From NCBI GenBank assembly GCA_001662655.1, contig KV460225.1: a DNA stretch of 64,000 nucleotides; one strand, 5' to 3'. Positions 25,559 to 36,701 of this stretch are shown here, piece after piece. Numbering within the stretch: the first letter of the stretch is position 1; every line of letters starts with the position of its first letter. Position numbers and translations under genes: made by a program. The notes under the pieces are model-generated. The model was given only the letters and a program-made list of their open reading frames with translations, made no database searches and was not told the DNA's origin. Origin of the DNA: Pseudogymnoascus verrucosus. Lineage: Eukaryota.

Positions 25559-25975
25559 ATGGCCATCACAAAATCCAACCCCCGCCTCCCCCCCTCCGCC
25601 CCCCTCACCACCACTCACCCCCGCCGCCCCCACACCCGCAACTGCCCCACCTACGAGCACCCCCTCCTCGACCTCCCCTTCATCATAATCGACTACCTCA
25701 TCATCCTCTTCCAAGAGCTAAACGAGCTCTTCACCATATCCCTCTCCTGTCTCTGGAACTGCACGCTCGCGTACTCGATGTTCGTGGCTGCAAGGATGTG
25801 TTGGGGGTATAACCAGGATGATTGTTTGTGCGTTTCCTCCCTGCCTCCCCTTCCCAAAGCCACACTATAGTGTATTGTATTGTACTAACGGGAGATGGGG
25901 TGGGATAGGAACCTAGTGTACGTGGTGCGAAAAATGCTAGATGTTATGGGGAATTTCTGCGTTGTGCGAGGGTAG
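25559..25975 (+). CDS. Small hypothetical protein (about 111 aa); intron 25828-25908
   Basis: TATA at about 25432, CAAAATGG start context, GTGCGT..TACTAAC..TAG intron, second exon ending FCVVRG*. Confidence 0.55.
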
Positions 25976-26102
25976 ATGTTGTGTGTGCGTGGGTAGACAG
26001 TTTTATTATCAGTTATAACAATGTAATGTCCTACTACACGCTTCCTTCCCAGATCCCAACATCCCATGTGTTGTGTTTATACCCCCTCCCATAATTCATA
26101 AT

Positions 26103-27389
26103 TCATATACTCTGTGAGCTCATCGGCCTCTCCGGCGGATCAACCTCCATCTCTCCCCCTTGCACACTACCTCTCCCCTCTAACGGCGGCGCGACCATCA
26201 CCATCGGCACCCTCGGCGGCGACGGAACATACGTACTCGGCCTCAACAACTCCAACCCCCCCTCCTCCCCCTCCTCCTCGCTTGCTTTCTCAACCCCCTC
26301 CTCCTCCTCCCCTTCCTCTCCAACCCCAATAGTCCAAACCCACGCCCTCTTCTTCTCCCTCTTCCTCTTCCTCCCCCCCACCTCCTCCCCCAATCCCGCC
26401 ATCCTCCGCCTCATCTCCTCAAACGGCCCCGGCGTCTGCCCTCCATCCCTCGTCGCGCCATCATACGCTAGGACGGCTTCAATCCCCGTCTCCGCCTCCC
26501 CCGCTCCCTCTCCATCAGCCCCCGCGTCATCTTCCCCGAGTAGTTCGACGTGTGACCGCACATACAGCTCTGTTGTGATAGTCTGCGTAAGAGGGTTATT
26601 ATACCCCACTCTCCTCCCACCTTTCTCCACCGTAGTCACAGCTGCACCCGCTGCACTAGCCGGGAGGGGCGAGTTGCGGAGGATAGACCGTAAACTCCGA
26701 GGGTGGGTGTAAGGCGGTTTATAAGGCGTTGAAGATCCCGTCGTCGCTCTTCGGCGGGGTGTGCGAGGTGAGGAGGGGAAGGGGGATGGGGCGAGGGTGG
26801 TGGGGATGGAGACATTGATGCGGCGGAGGCGGGAGGTCGTTGCTCCTGTTGTGGTGGCTACAGCGGCGGCGGTGGTTGTAGTGTTGGTGCCTATAGATGA
26901 CGTAGATGAAGGCGAAGAAGGGTGCGCAGACTGCGGCGGCGTGAACGTAAATGGCGCCTTTAGCGATACATCCGGATGCGCCGTAACAGGCGTAGGCGCT
27001 TGCGTCGTCGGCGTATCAGGGTAAACAACCGTGAACGGCCCCGGTGTCTGAATGCGATGAGAGAGCGGGATCGCCGACTGAGGCGCCGCACTCGTAACAA
27101 GTCGTAGAGACTTCGGCCGTGCCGACGTGTTGGCAGAAAAGGGTAAGGCTGTTATGGGCGCCGCGGACATGGGGATCGGCGAGGCGAGCGAGATGGCTGC
27201 GGCGTAAGCGTTGGAGAGGGTGTTGAAGGCTGTGGGGGAGGAGGGGTCGATGTCGGCTTTGAGAGCTGTGGAGGATTTATTCAGCGTCATTGGTGCGCTT
27301 GGGGTTTTGATCTGGAGGGATAGTCGGGGTCGTTTGGGGGGGGAGGAGGTATGCGACATGTCGGCTTGGTGGCTCATGACTGCTAGCAT
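26103..27389 (-). CDS. Disordered Ser/Thr/Pro-rich fungal protein with short linear motifs
   Basis: 428-aa ORF containing RPRLSLQI, RSILRNSPL, RVGY, GGQTPGPFEEMRR and WVWTIG blocks. Confidence 0.8.
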   Translation of the reverse strand: MLAVMSHQADMSHTSSPPKRPRLSLQIKTPSAPMTLNKSSTALKADIDPSSPTAFNTLSNAYAAAISLASPIPMSAAPITALPFSANTSARPKSLRLVTSAAPQSAIPLSHRIQTPGPFTVVYPDTPTTQAPTPVTAHPDVSLKAPFTFTPPQSAHPSSPSSTSSIGTNTTTTAAAVATTTGATTSRLRRINVSIPTTLAPSPFPSSPRTPRRRATTGSSTPYKPPYTHPRSLRSILRNSPLPASAAGAAVTTVEKGGRRVGYNNPLTQTITTELYVRSHVELLGEDDAGADGEGAGEAETGIEAVLAYDGATRDGGQTPGPFEEMRRRMAGLGEEVGGRKRKREKKRAWVWTIGVGEEGEEEEGVEKASEEEGEEGGLELLRPSTYVPSPPRVPMVMVAPPLEGRGSVQGGEMEVDPPERPMSSQSI

Positions 27390-28639
27390 TCTAGAGTCTG
27401 CTTCTCGTTTTAATGAGGAATTTCGTGAGGTTGTTGGCGTTGGTGTAAGTGCTGTACTGTACTGACGACTTCTACCTGTCGTAAATGGAGTGATCCGCTT
27501 TATATCTATTGTCCGTCGAGGTGTGAGGAGGAGGATCCGGCCTCTGGTGAGTGACTTGATATATACGCAAAAAACGAGCCGAGTCGATCGACTTTCTTTC
27601 TATATTCGAGATCCTTGTTAGCCGAGCACTGACTATCCTCCGTATCGAAACAAAACAAGATAAATAATGAAAACGGAAAACTGGAATGGAGGAGGTGGAG
27701 TCAAGCGCGGGCGGGAAGCATGTATATAACCAACACCAAGGCCATGCTTGATCGCCACCCCCCCCCCTCCACTCCCCCCTGGCCCAACCAGCACAACAAG
27801 GGTTCATGAGGGGTGGATTATATTCATAGCGCACTGCATCGGGCAGCCGCCGATAGCGAGTGTCCCCCCATATCTCCCCCTTCCATCCAACAGCAGCGCT
27901 ACCGCTGTCTCTCCCCCCCCGGTGATTCGCAGGATCCCCCCGGGATGTCTCCAGCACCAGCAAGCACAGCACACAGCAGACGCGGTGTGACCACGTCCCC
28001 TCTCCCCGCCTCTACCCAACCAAACCCCCCTATCCCATACCCATACAGGGTCCCTCCGGACCACCATCCCAGAAATGTCGCAGCGCACCCCTCCCCTTCC
28101 GCAATCCACGGCCACGAATCCGAGCAGTGGCCACACCTAAGCGCCGGAGAGAGGATATTAATATCCCACCCCACCCGTCCCGAAGAGCCAATCAGGCGGG
28201 GCGGCGGGGGTCCGAAGGATGTGATGGGTCCGACTTGTAAGCGCCAAGCCTGCGGGTATTCCCTGTCGCTGAACGGGTCTCCTATTTGCTGGGGGAATGT
28301 TGGAATTTAACCGTGCGAGGATGGGGAGACGCGGCTGTCGGCTCGGGTTGGTTTAGCTTTGCGCGCGGAAGATGAGGCGGAGGGGGGATGACGGGGCGGA
28401 TGGGCGGAGTTGGTGGGTAGTGTGAAGGATTGGGGGATTTAAGATTAGTCGCGCTGTGGAGACGGGGGGGATTCCGAGGGTTTGGAAATAGAAGGATGGA
28501 AGGAGTTGAAGGATTGAGGTGGAGATTAGTGAGTGAGTGAGCTATGGTGAATTGCTGCTTGGGGGGTGTATTTTTTTCTAATTACGGACATAAAAATAGA
28601 TGATCCCCCTGAAGATCCTATGTGATCGTGTGTCCTTGG

Positions 28640-29450
28640 TGCGTGTTATGGAGTCATAAACGTCATCTTCGCCACTGGAGGAGCTTCGATTTTGGGGATT
28701 CGTATACTCTACTAGCATCTTCGCCACTGGTGAGCTTCGTGTTTTGAGGCTTCGTATGTATACCCCACTGGTGTCTTCGCCACCGATAACCTTCATTGCT
28801 GGGGCTTCATCTGCGCCACTCGTGTCCTCGTCACTCGGTAAGCTTCAGTTTTAGACTTTGGGTCTGTGCTGGGTTTCGTTTTTTGCACTATGAGCTTACG
28901 CTTTAATCTCAATATAGATCGACGCGTAATTTTATTATAGAAGCCACGAATAAATCCTGTCATCCGCCAAGATAAATATTTACTAGATGTAATTTTATAT
29001 AGAAGCCAAGAGTGAATCCTGTCAGCCCTTGACAAGAAGAAGCTATTGCCAAGTCATGAATTTCACAAATAGTGGGTTGAATTTATGAATACTATTATGA
29101 ATATCACCGGAATGTCATCGCAGGTAATTAAACTTACCCTCACTCAGCCACGATGAAAGCCTGTCCGTTCCTAAAAATGATCACCGTAATTAAACATCCC
29201 CATGTCTCTCTTGATGACGACTGAATCCTACCAAATCTAGACCTGGAAAGGTCGTTGTTATCCATGAACATCACCACAGATACCATCATCGAACTCACAG
29301 TAAAAAATACCCTTACGCTTACTCCCACACTCACATTCACCATCATCACCAAACTCACTTTCAGTAACTCATTTATTAGTGATCCTAAACTATTTAGAAG
29401 TATCCAGCCAGGCAAGAAAAACATCCATAGAACCCATAAAATCCCATGAA
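28640..29450 (-). pseudogene. Possible degraded gene relic with short internal repeats
   Basis: Protein-like frame GDDGECECGSKRKGIFYCEFDDGICGD broken by TAA/TAG; repeated CATCTTCGCCACTGG motifs at 28663-28830. Confidence 0.25.
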
Positions 29451-29684
29451 GCTCCCTTCCCCCGTCAACAAACCGTTCAGCCACTCAGATCATAAAGATC
29501 AAATCTCAGAAAAAATCGCAAAACAATCCTCCATGTATCATCATCCCCCAGTATAAACAAACGCCACCCGAAATCCTCGGTACGCCTCGCCATGCCAGTC
29601 CTAAACACCCGAAAACACATATCACACCGGTAAGAGCGCGTGCGGCTTGTTGAGAAAGAACAGAGGCCGAGAGACGCAAAGACT

Positions 29685-31986
29685 CTAGTTACCGCGCGCC
29701 ATGTCGATGTACGACTGGTTGGGAGTCTCGTACTCGGCGACGAAGTACTTCTCCAGGTTTGGCTTCTTGACCATCCAGTTGGTCAGCTTGATGATCTCCT
29801 CGCGCAGGTGGCTGACGGACTGCTGGTCCATGTTGGTCTGGGCGATGAGCTCAGGGAGAGAGACTGGGGTTGGGTTGTTAGTGATTCTTGTGCTTGACGG
29901 GAGAAAAGGGGGGGGAGGGAAGGACTTACCCAAGAGGCGGCAGAGATGCTCCGCACCGTAGGTCTGGTTGGCGTTCTTGCCAGCCATGTCTCCAGTGGGG
30001 GCCTCCCAGAGCTGGATCATCTCGAGGTATTGAGCACGCTCGAAACTGTAGAACATTAGAATTATAAACCAGATCGAAATAATGATGGTGAACTTACCGG
30101 TACAAGAGGATTCTACCCAAGCACTTGTCAAAGTACTCGCGAAGACCAGCGAGCATCTCCTCGAGGATGCTGGCCTCAGGGCTGCCAGGGGCACGTTTGG
30201 GCATCTCATCGTCCTCATAGTCCTTGAGGATGCTCTCAACCGGGTGAGCAGCCGGAAGAGGAACCAGCTGCTGGTTCTTGGTCACATTCTCCCAGTCGTC
30301 GACGAGGATCGCCTTGATGCGATCTGGGATTGGCAAGCTGATAGCCGGGCGGTCGAGAAAGCCGTCCTCCTGTACATTGAATCGGGTTAGAAAATAATCA
30401 AGATGTCTGGTAGCAAAACAACGTGTGAAAGTAGCGCGGTGGCATGGGCGGTCCTCCTGGAATCCGATTGAACCGCTGTGGATGCGCTTGATGGCCTTGC
30501 GCATTCTGGAGATGCGTTCCTTTGGGTCCTCGGGTTCTTTGTCGCTGGATGATCCATCGGAATCGGTGGGATGAGTACGAGCTGGCTCGTTGGGGATGAT
30601 GGGGTTCTTCTTCTTCTTGAGATCGGATTTGGTAGGGGGGTGGGGAAGAGTGATGCTTTGCTTGACTCTGCCAGACTTGGTGAGGTACTGGTAGTCTGGT
30701 GTGGGAGGTAGCTTGGAAAGGAAGTCCGTTGGATGTTGTGTCGTGTCCAGGAGGAATGCAATAAGTGCAGGATTCTTTGGCACATAATTGGCAATGTGTG
30801 CAGGCACCTCTGGGACCTTCTGGATGGGCAAGGTAAGAGCAGCCAGGCGCTTAGCAACTGGGTCATTGGGAGGTAGAGCTTTCTCCACACCCTCAGCAAA
30901 TGGGTTGGATCTCTTCTTGCTAGATCGGGTGGTCATATTCGGTGGATTGTTTTGCTTGGCTGGCGACATGATGGAGCTTTGCCTGGGGTTGTTGTGGTGA
31001 AGCTCCAATTTTGTCTCGTTGGAAATTTTGAGGTTTGTGGGCGTTGGGGTTGCGTGGTAAACACAACAACCCCCTTTCCGCCACGTTCCGCGAGGTTGGC
31101 GGAAATGCGTACTTGGGTACAAGCGTACATCCCGAAGGTATCCAACAGTGAAATCCAGGTCCAGAGAGGTGAATTGGTCCACAGAGGCTTCCAGGAGGAC
31201 AAAGGCTCACAGCACAACCGTGGTGTTGTCTCTGTAAATAAAGCAAAAGTAAGAAAATTCACATACCTGTTCGAGATCGTAATCTCTAAGGCGCCTCGGG
31301 GCGCGTCCTCCACCTTGAGCAGCCATGCTGCCACGCTCCTCACTGCCGCGGGCAGAGCTGAAATCGGATCCGTTGGCGCGGCCCTTGGTCTTCGCAGACT
31401 TGGAGGCAGATGGTGCAGGCTTGCCCTGGAGAGCCTTCATCTGCTCGTGAAGTTGGGCGGCAAGCTGCTTGTTTTCCTCCGTAAATTTGCGGACGCGATC
31501 CTGAGGAACCCAGTCGTCCCAGCTGTAGAACAGAAGTTGTGTTAGTTGGATTTCTTGTTGCCACCCCTTATTTTGTAGGTTGTGGCGCACGGACTGTAGG
31601 ATCAAGAGGGAAGAGATTCTCGATCTGGAAAAACAAAAGTCCACACGTTTATGAACCACCAATTAAGGAAATAATGATTCACAACAACGGCAACAGATGT
31701 GTACACGACGACAAAACACAACTCCCAAAAAGATAAAAAGACAAAAATACACCACAATATAATACCACAACGAACACCACAAGCACAAAAATCACAATTG
31801 ACAGAACAGAAATCTCCCCATAAGTACTTACGTGTTCTTCCATCCCTTATAATGGATCTTGTATTGCCATGATCCCCCATCAGTAGCGCGCGAGTCCAAC
31901 ACCTTGGCTTCATAGAGCATCTCATGATGGAAGCACAAGACACGCTCGTCCTTGGCGAAAGGAGCCACCGCTTTAGCTGGAGCCAT
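29685..31986 (-). CDS. EAF3: Chromodomain/MRG protein Eaf3; exons 31986-31832, 31522-31267, 30369-30098, 30045-29930, 29863-29685
   Basis: VLCFHHEMLYEAK, IHYKGWKNTWDDWV chromo-barrel; LVDDWENVTKNQQLV and YGAEHLCRL MRG motifs. Confidence 0.93.
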
Positions 31987-32769
31987 GACCCAGAGTGCCC
32001 TATTAGGTGGGAGGCCGGAGTTCTTCTTTCTACCCCTGTGGTGATGTTAGAACGTGAAGAAGGCGGAGAAATAAAGATCCCCAAGATTGTGAAGATGTGA
32101 GGATGTGTCTTGAAAGGATAGTATGATTGTTTGGAGGGGAAGAAAAAAGGGTGATGTTGTGTGTTGTGTTTGGATGCTTGGAGATGCGGAAAGGAGGCCT
32201 TTCAAGACTTCGTTTTCCCGTGACTTTTGGGGTCGACGCGTGCAAGGAACACGGGAGGAAGAAACAGAGAAGAGACAGGTGATAGGCACACAGAAGAAAC
32301 AAGGCTCGGGGTAACTTACATGCTGGCGGATCGGAATATCCTTGCTTCCGAAGAGCTTATCGATTGTAAGAAATCAGGTCCGTGCGTTGATACTGAGGGT
32401 ACGCTATAAAGCCTACCTCAGCCTTGTCGAGGGGTAAACAAATGAAGAAGAAGAAAGTTGAGATCGATGAAAGATTGATGAAACAACAGCCACCAACGTC
32501 GCTGATGAAGAGAAGTTGAAGGTTGAAAAAAACAAGAAGGAAGGAAAAGAGAGAAGAAGAAGGTGCAAAAGGGTGGTAAACAAAGAACACACCTCGCCTC
32601 GCCCGCTACGCACGCTTCGCGTTTGAACTGGCCCCGACTGCTTTAGGACGTACTCTTTCCGCCAGATTCCGGCGTGGGTCCGTTTGGTGGTCACACGCAC
32701 GCCGAGAAGAGGGTATATCGGAGTCTCAGGCCGAGGAGGCGGACAGAGCGGCAACTAAGGCGGCAGCTG

Positions 32770-32945
32770 ACCTATCCACGGAACTATTTGGAAGAATTCC
32801 CCCACGCCGCATACACACGCCCTCCTATCTATCCACGGATTTATTTGGACGAAACCTCTCACGCCGTCCTATCTATCCACGGGACAATTTGGACGAATTC
32901 TCCCACGCCGAGTTCACACACACAGAACAATTTGGACAACACCCC
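32770..32945. repeat. Degenerate 45-55 bp tandem repeat, about four copies
   Basis: CTATCCACGG..ATTTGGA.GAA..C.CACGCCG recurs three times, plus a partial fourth copy. Confidence 0.7.
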
Positions 32946-32985
32946 CCAGGCCTCACATTCGCACACACACCCACGCACCACCACC

Positions 32986-33659
32986 ATGCCACCACCCACC
33001 GAATCCACCATCCTAACCTCCTTCCTCCTCCCCCCCTCCCCCCTCCCCATCATCCTCCCGCCCAGCGCCTTCACCGCCCTCTTCCCCCCCTCCACCCCCG
33101 CATCATCCATATCACACCTCTACCGTCTCCTCAGCCACCAGCGCGCTCTGCTTTCCGATGCGGTGAGGGCGGATATCGAGGATGAGGTCAGGAGGGGGGT
33201 GGTGCAACGGAGGGCGGTGGTGAGGAGTAGGAGGGAGGGGGAGAGGGCGGGGGGGGAGGAGGAGGAGGTCGGGATTGAAAGGGCTGTAAGTCTTATATTC
33301 GCTATCTGCCACTACCACTACCACTATCACCATCACCATCCTATTCCACCCACCTTTCACCCCCCACCACTCCCCTCTCCGTTGAAGAAGAAACAAACTA
33401 ACCCCCCCCCCAGCTCTCCTCAACAAACCCCTCCCCCCTCCACCACCCCCGCCACCACACTCTTCGCACCATCCTCCCCACTCTCGACACCGCAACCGAG
33501 GACATCGAGACCGAAGTCGCCCTACTCGAGCTCGAAGCCGAGACGCTGCTGGCGGAGATCAGGAATACAGTTGGTGGATTGAGCGATCTCAGGTATGGGA
33601 AGTTTAGGAATCAGGAGGTGGGGGAGGGTGTTAGGGGGGCGTTGGAGGGGGGGAGTTAG
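32986..33659 (+). CDS. NKP2: Cnl2/NKP2 family inner kinetochore protein; intron 33286-33413
   Basis: PTESTILTSFLLPPSPLP N-terminus and VGGLSDLRYGKF C-terminal motif. Confidence 0.85.
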
Positions 33660-33949
33660 ATGAGGGGGATGTAGTTGTGTTGTGTTTGTGGGAATGGGAA
33701 AGGGGGGTTGGTGTTGGATGGTATGGAGACGGAGGATATGGCTGTGATGAACTGCAGGGAGTAATTGGGTGTATAGGCGTGGATCAATACCTGGCAGGTC
33801 GTGCTTACTGGTATGGGGAAATGGGAATATTTACAAGATCAATTTGAAGCTGTTGTGGAATAACTAACGAGAGAATCAATAGCTCAGACCAGAACGCGGT
33901 AGACTGAATTGACAGGAACGGGAAATAATAGCCAACTCGTCTAGTTATA

Positions 33950-34207
33950 CCAAGGAAGTTGCGACGGAGTTTGCTTCGTAATCGTTCTTGCCATTTATAA
34001 AAAAAACGCTTCTTCCAAGGAACCTGCGACGGGGTTTTGCTTATGAAATCGTTGTTTCCTTCCCGCATATAAAGGTTGAAAATCTTCAAGGGAAGGTACG
34101 ACTGAGCTTCCTTAGAAATCGTTCTTTCCATATACATATATATGGCCGAGGAGTTCCCAAGGGAAGCTGCGACTGAGTCTGCTTGGTTGGTAATCGTTCT
34201 TTCCATG
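33950..34207. repeat. Four diverged tandem units of about 70 bp
   Basis: CAAGG(G)AAG.TGCGAC.GAG..TGCTT..AATCGTTCTT.CCAT at about 33951, 34016, 34087 and 34157. Confidence 0.75.
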
Positions 34208-34614
34208 TTGGCTGTGATGAAGACAGCGAGCTTGCATGTCGCCGAGACGAATTCTGGTCTTAAGTAGTAGCAATGAATGTATCACGATTGACAGACCCCA
34301 CAGACGCAGAGAGTTCAGCAAGCTACATCACATAACACCGTCACACAAACGTCCTCGACCACCACAGTATATCTTCATCTGAAACAACACACACGCCCAA
34401 AACTCTGAAATTAAAAAGTATGATGATAACTACCACGCGAACTACACCCTTTACATGCCCGCCCCCCACCCCACCCTAATACAGTGGCTACCTGTGCCCG
34501 TGAAGTCGCGTCCCTGACCCTAATACCGCGTCTGTATAAAAGAGTTTTTAAAAAAATCGAAAAGAGCGAAGAAGGAAGGATCTGTCGAGTCGTTCGTCTC
34601 TGGATAGAGAGCAT

Positions 34615-35446
34615 TTATCTGGCTGGTGCTGGTCCTGCGCGGGCTTGTTCGCGGCGGCTCCTGGGATTGGGTTAGTAACGAGAAGAAATTGGACAAACTT
34701 GCTGGGGTGGTAAAATAGAAGGGGACATACATCATAGTGCGCGAAGCGAAAGAGATCAAGATCATGAAAGCCCAGTTTGGCAGAATGTTGAAAGCCCAAA
34801 TAACCCATCCGGTGGCGAGATCCAGACCGTACTGCTGGGCAGTGCCGTGGAATGGGTGAAAGTGTCCCTCATACGCCGGCCTCTCCTTCCAGCTCTTAGT
34901 AGCATGAAGCTTCACCATATCCGCCGCCGTAACAGTCGTAGTATTGAAGCCATGAATATGCACCTCCGTCCTCGCCGGCGGCTTATTAACCTCAAAGATA
35001 TACATCAGCGGCGCCCCAGCCGTCCACGAATGACACAAAACAGGCTGGTGATCACAGTTAATCAACCCAAGATGCGGCGCCGTAGGATCCGCCTTGAACA
35101 ACAACGCGCTCTCATTGAACGCCCGAGTCAGTCTCTCGCAGTTGCCCCAGCACGTCTTGTTGCCTGCCGTGAGGAGGACCCACCATTCCTCTGGCCCGGT
35201 GGAGGAGGGCGTCACGCTGTTGAGGAGGGTGGAGCGCCAGTTGTCGAGGGAGAGGATGTCGATGTTTGATCCGCCTGCCTTTGCGAGGGCGGCTTCGGCG
35301 GCGGAGAAGGTGTTGGTGTGCGGAATAAAGGAGTAGGCTTTGTTGAAGTAGTGGAGGGCGGTGTCCTGGAGTTGTTGGAGGGGGTCTTGGGTCTCGGCCA
35401 CGGCGAGGAGGGGGAGGGCGAGGAGGGTGACGGCGGAGAATCGCAT
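34615..35446 (-). CDS. Signal-peptide thioredoxin-fold-like membrane protein; intron 34661-34730
   Basis: Signal peptide, EEWWVLLTAGNKTCWGNC, INCD..PVLCHSW, C-terminal TM, tail MSRREQARAGPAPAR*. Confidence 0.75.
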
Positions 35447-36701
35447 GGTTGCGGGTTGGTTGGTAGGTATTAAATGAAGGAAGCTGTTGGTGGAGGATTG
35501 ATGTCAGTTATATGTTTACTCGGCCGGCGGCTGTGACGGGAATGGATGGAGATGGGGATAGATAGATAGCTTGTCAGGCGCGTCTGATCTGAGACATGTT
35601 GACGTATTGACATACCTTGAGGGTAGATTAGAAAAGTAATACAAACAACAACAACAACCTCTCACAATTAGATAAATAAAATAAAAAGGGGGTTGAAGGT
35701 TGAATGAAGCTGGAGAGAAATATAGAAATTCTCTAGTTAAGTTAAGATGAGAAGAAGCTCCTCCTTCGGGTCTCACTGGGGGGGACGTGCTTTTTGGGTC
35801 TTTAGGGGAGGCGGATAGGCCAAAGTGGATGAGGTGGAAGAGCACAGAAGGACTGGAAGAACCGCGTTTCTTACCCGTTCTCTGTCCTTTCCTCATTTCA
35901 GGCGATTGAGGGGAGCTGATTGGCTGGGAGAGCTGTTCCCCCACAAATTCGCTAATTTACCCGGAATGCGACTAGTGGCTATAAGTGGAGTATGGGGAGA
36001 TAGATGGAGATAAGGTGGGTTGGATGACAGAACACGTGGAAGTTGACGTATAGAGCACGTGTTTTTAGAGGAGATTTTTGTTTTTACGGTGATATATAGG
36101 GTGATGTATACACTTTAATACTCTAGTACTATGACATTTAGGTGAGAATTAGAATCGTTATATTAGATTATATAAGATGTTTATAAGTTTATGGAAGATT
36201 GTGGTGTCGGAGCTGCTGTTTTCAGGTGACATTAGTTGCTGCTTTACCCAGCCCTATACACCTAAAAGTTTGTCACGTGCCTAAGATTCCACTTGCTAAT
36301 TGTTTGAGCGAAGACGCCGTACCTAAATTTTAAAATCCAAGACCCGCTGTCTGGTCTCTACCTAGAGCCTCAAACATCCCCTTAGGCAACCCGACCCGAG
36401 CAGGTAGTCGATCTAATAGGTGCTTACCATCGACGGCATTGATACTGTGGGACTACCATGCAGCCAGGTCCCTGCAGCTATTCGCAACTTTGGAAACATA
36501 TTGCGCCTCTTCTAGTCACTTTCAACCAAACAGCTTCCCCAGGGTAGTTTTAATACGGTCGCGCTCATGCGTTCTTTAAACATTCACTGCCGGCCTCAGG
36601 ACTTCGAACATTAATGTTATGCTAGTCCCCGCTAGCGTTCCTCGCTCTTCCATCTGCTGATTATCCTTCAGTTGTTCCCTGTTTTCTCATGTCTATGATA
36701 A

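Noticed and set aside
27472..28310. Overlapping short ORFs on both strands
   Set aside because: GC-rich low-complexity upstream region of the 26.1-27.4 kb gene with no protein-like signal
33950..34207. CRISPR-like repeat/spacer look
   Set aside because: Eukaryotic locus, degenerate repeats, related linkers and no cas genes; kept only as a tandem repeat
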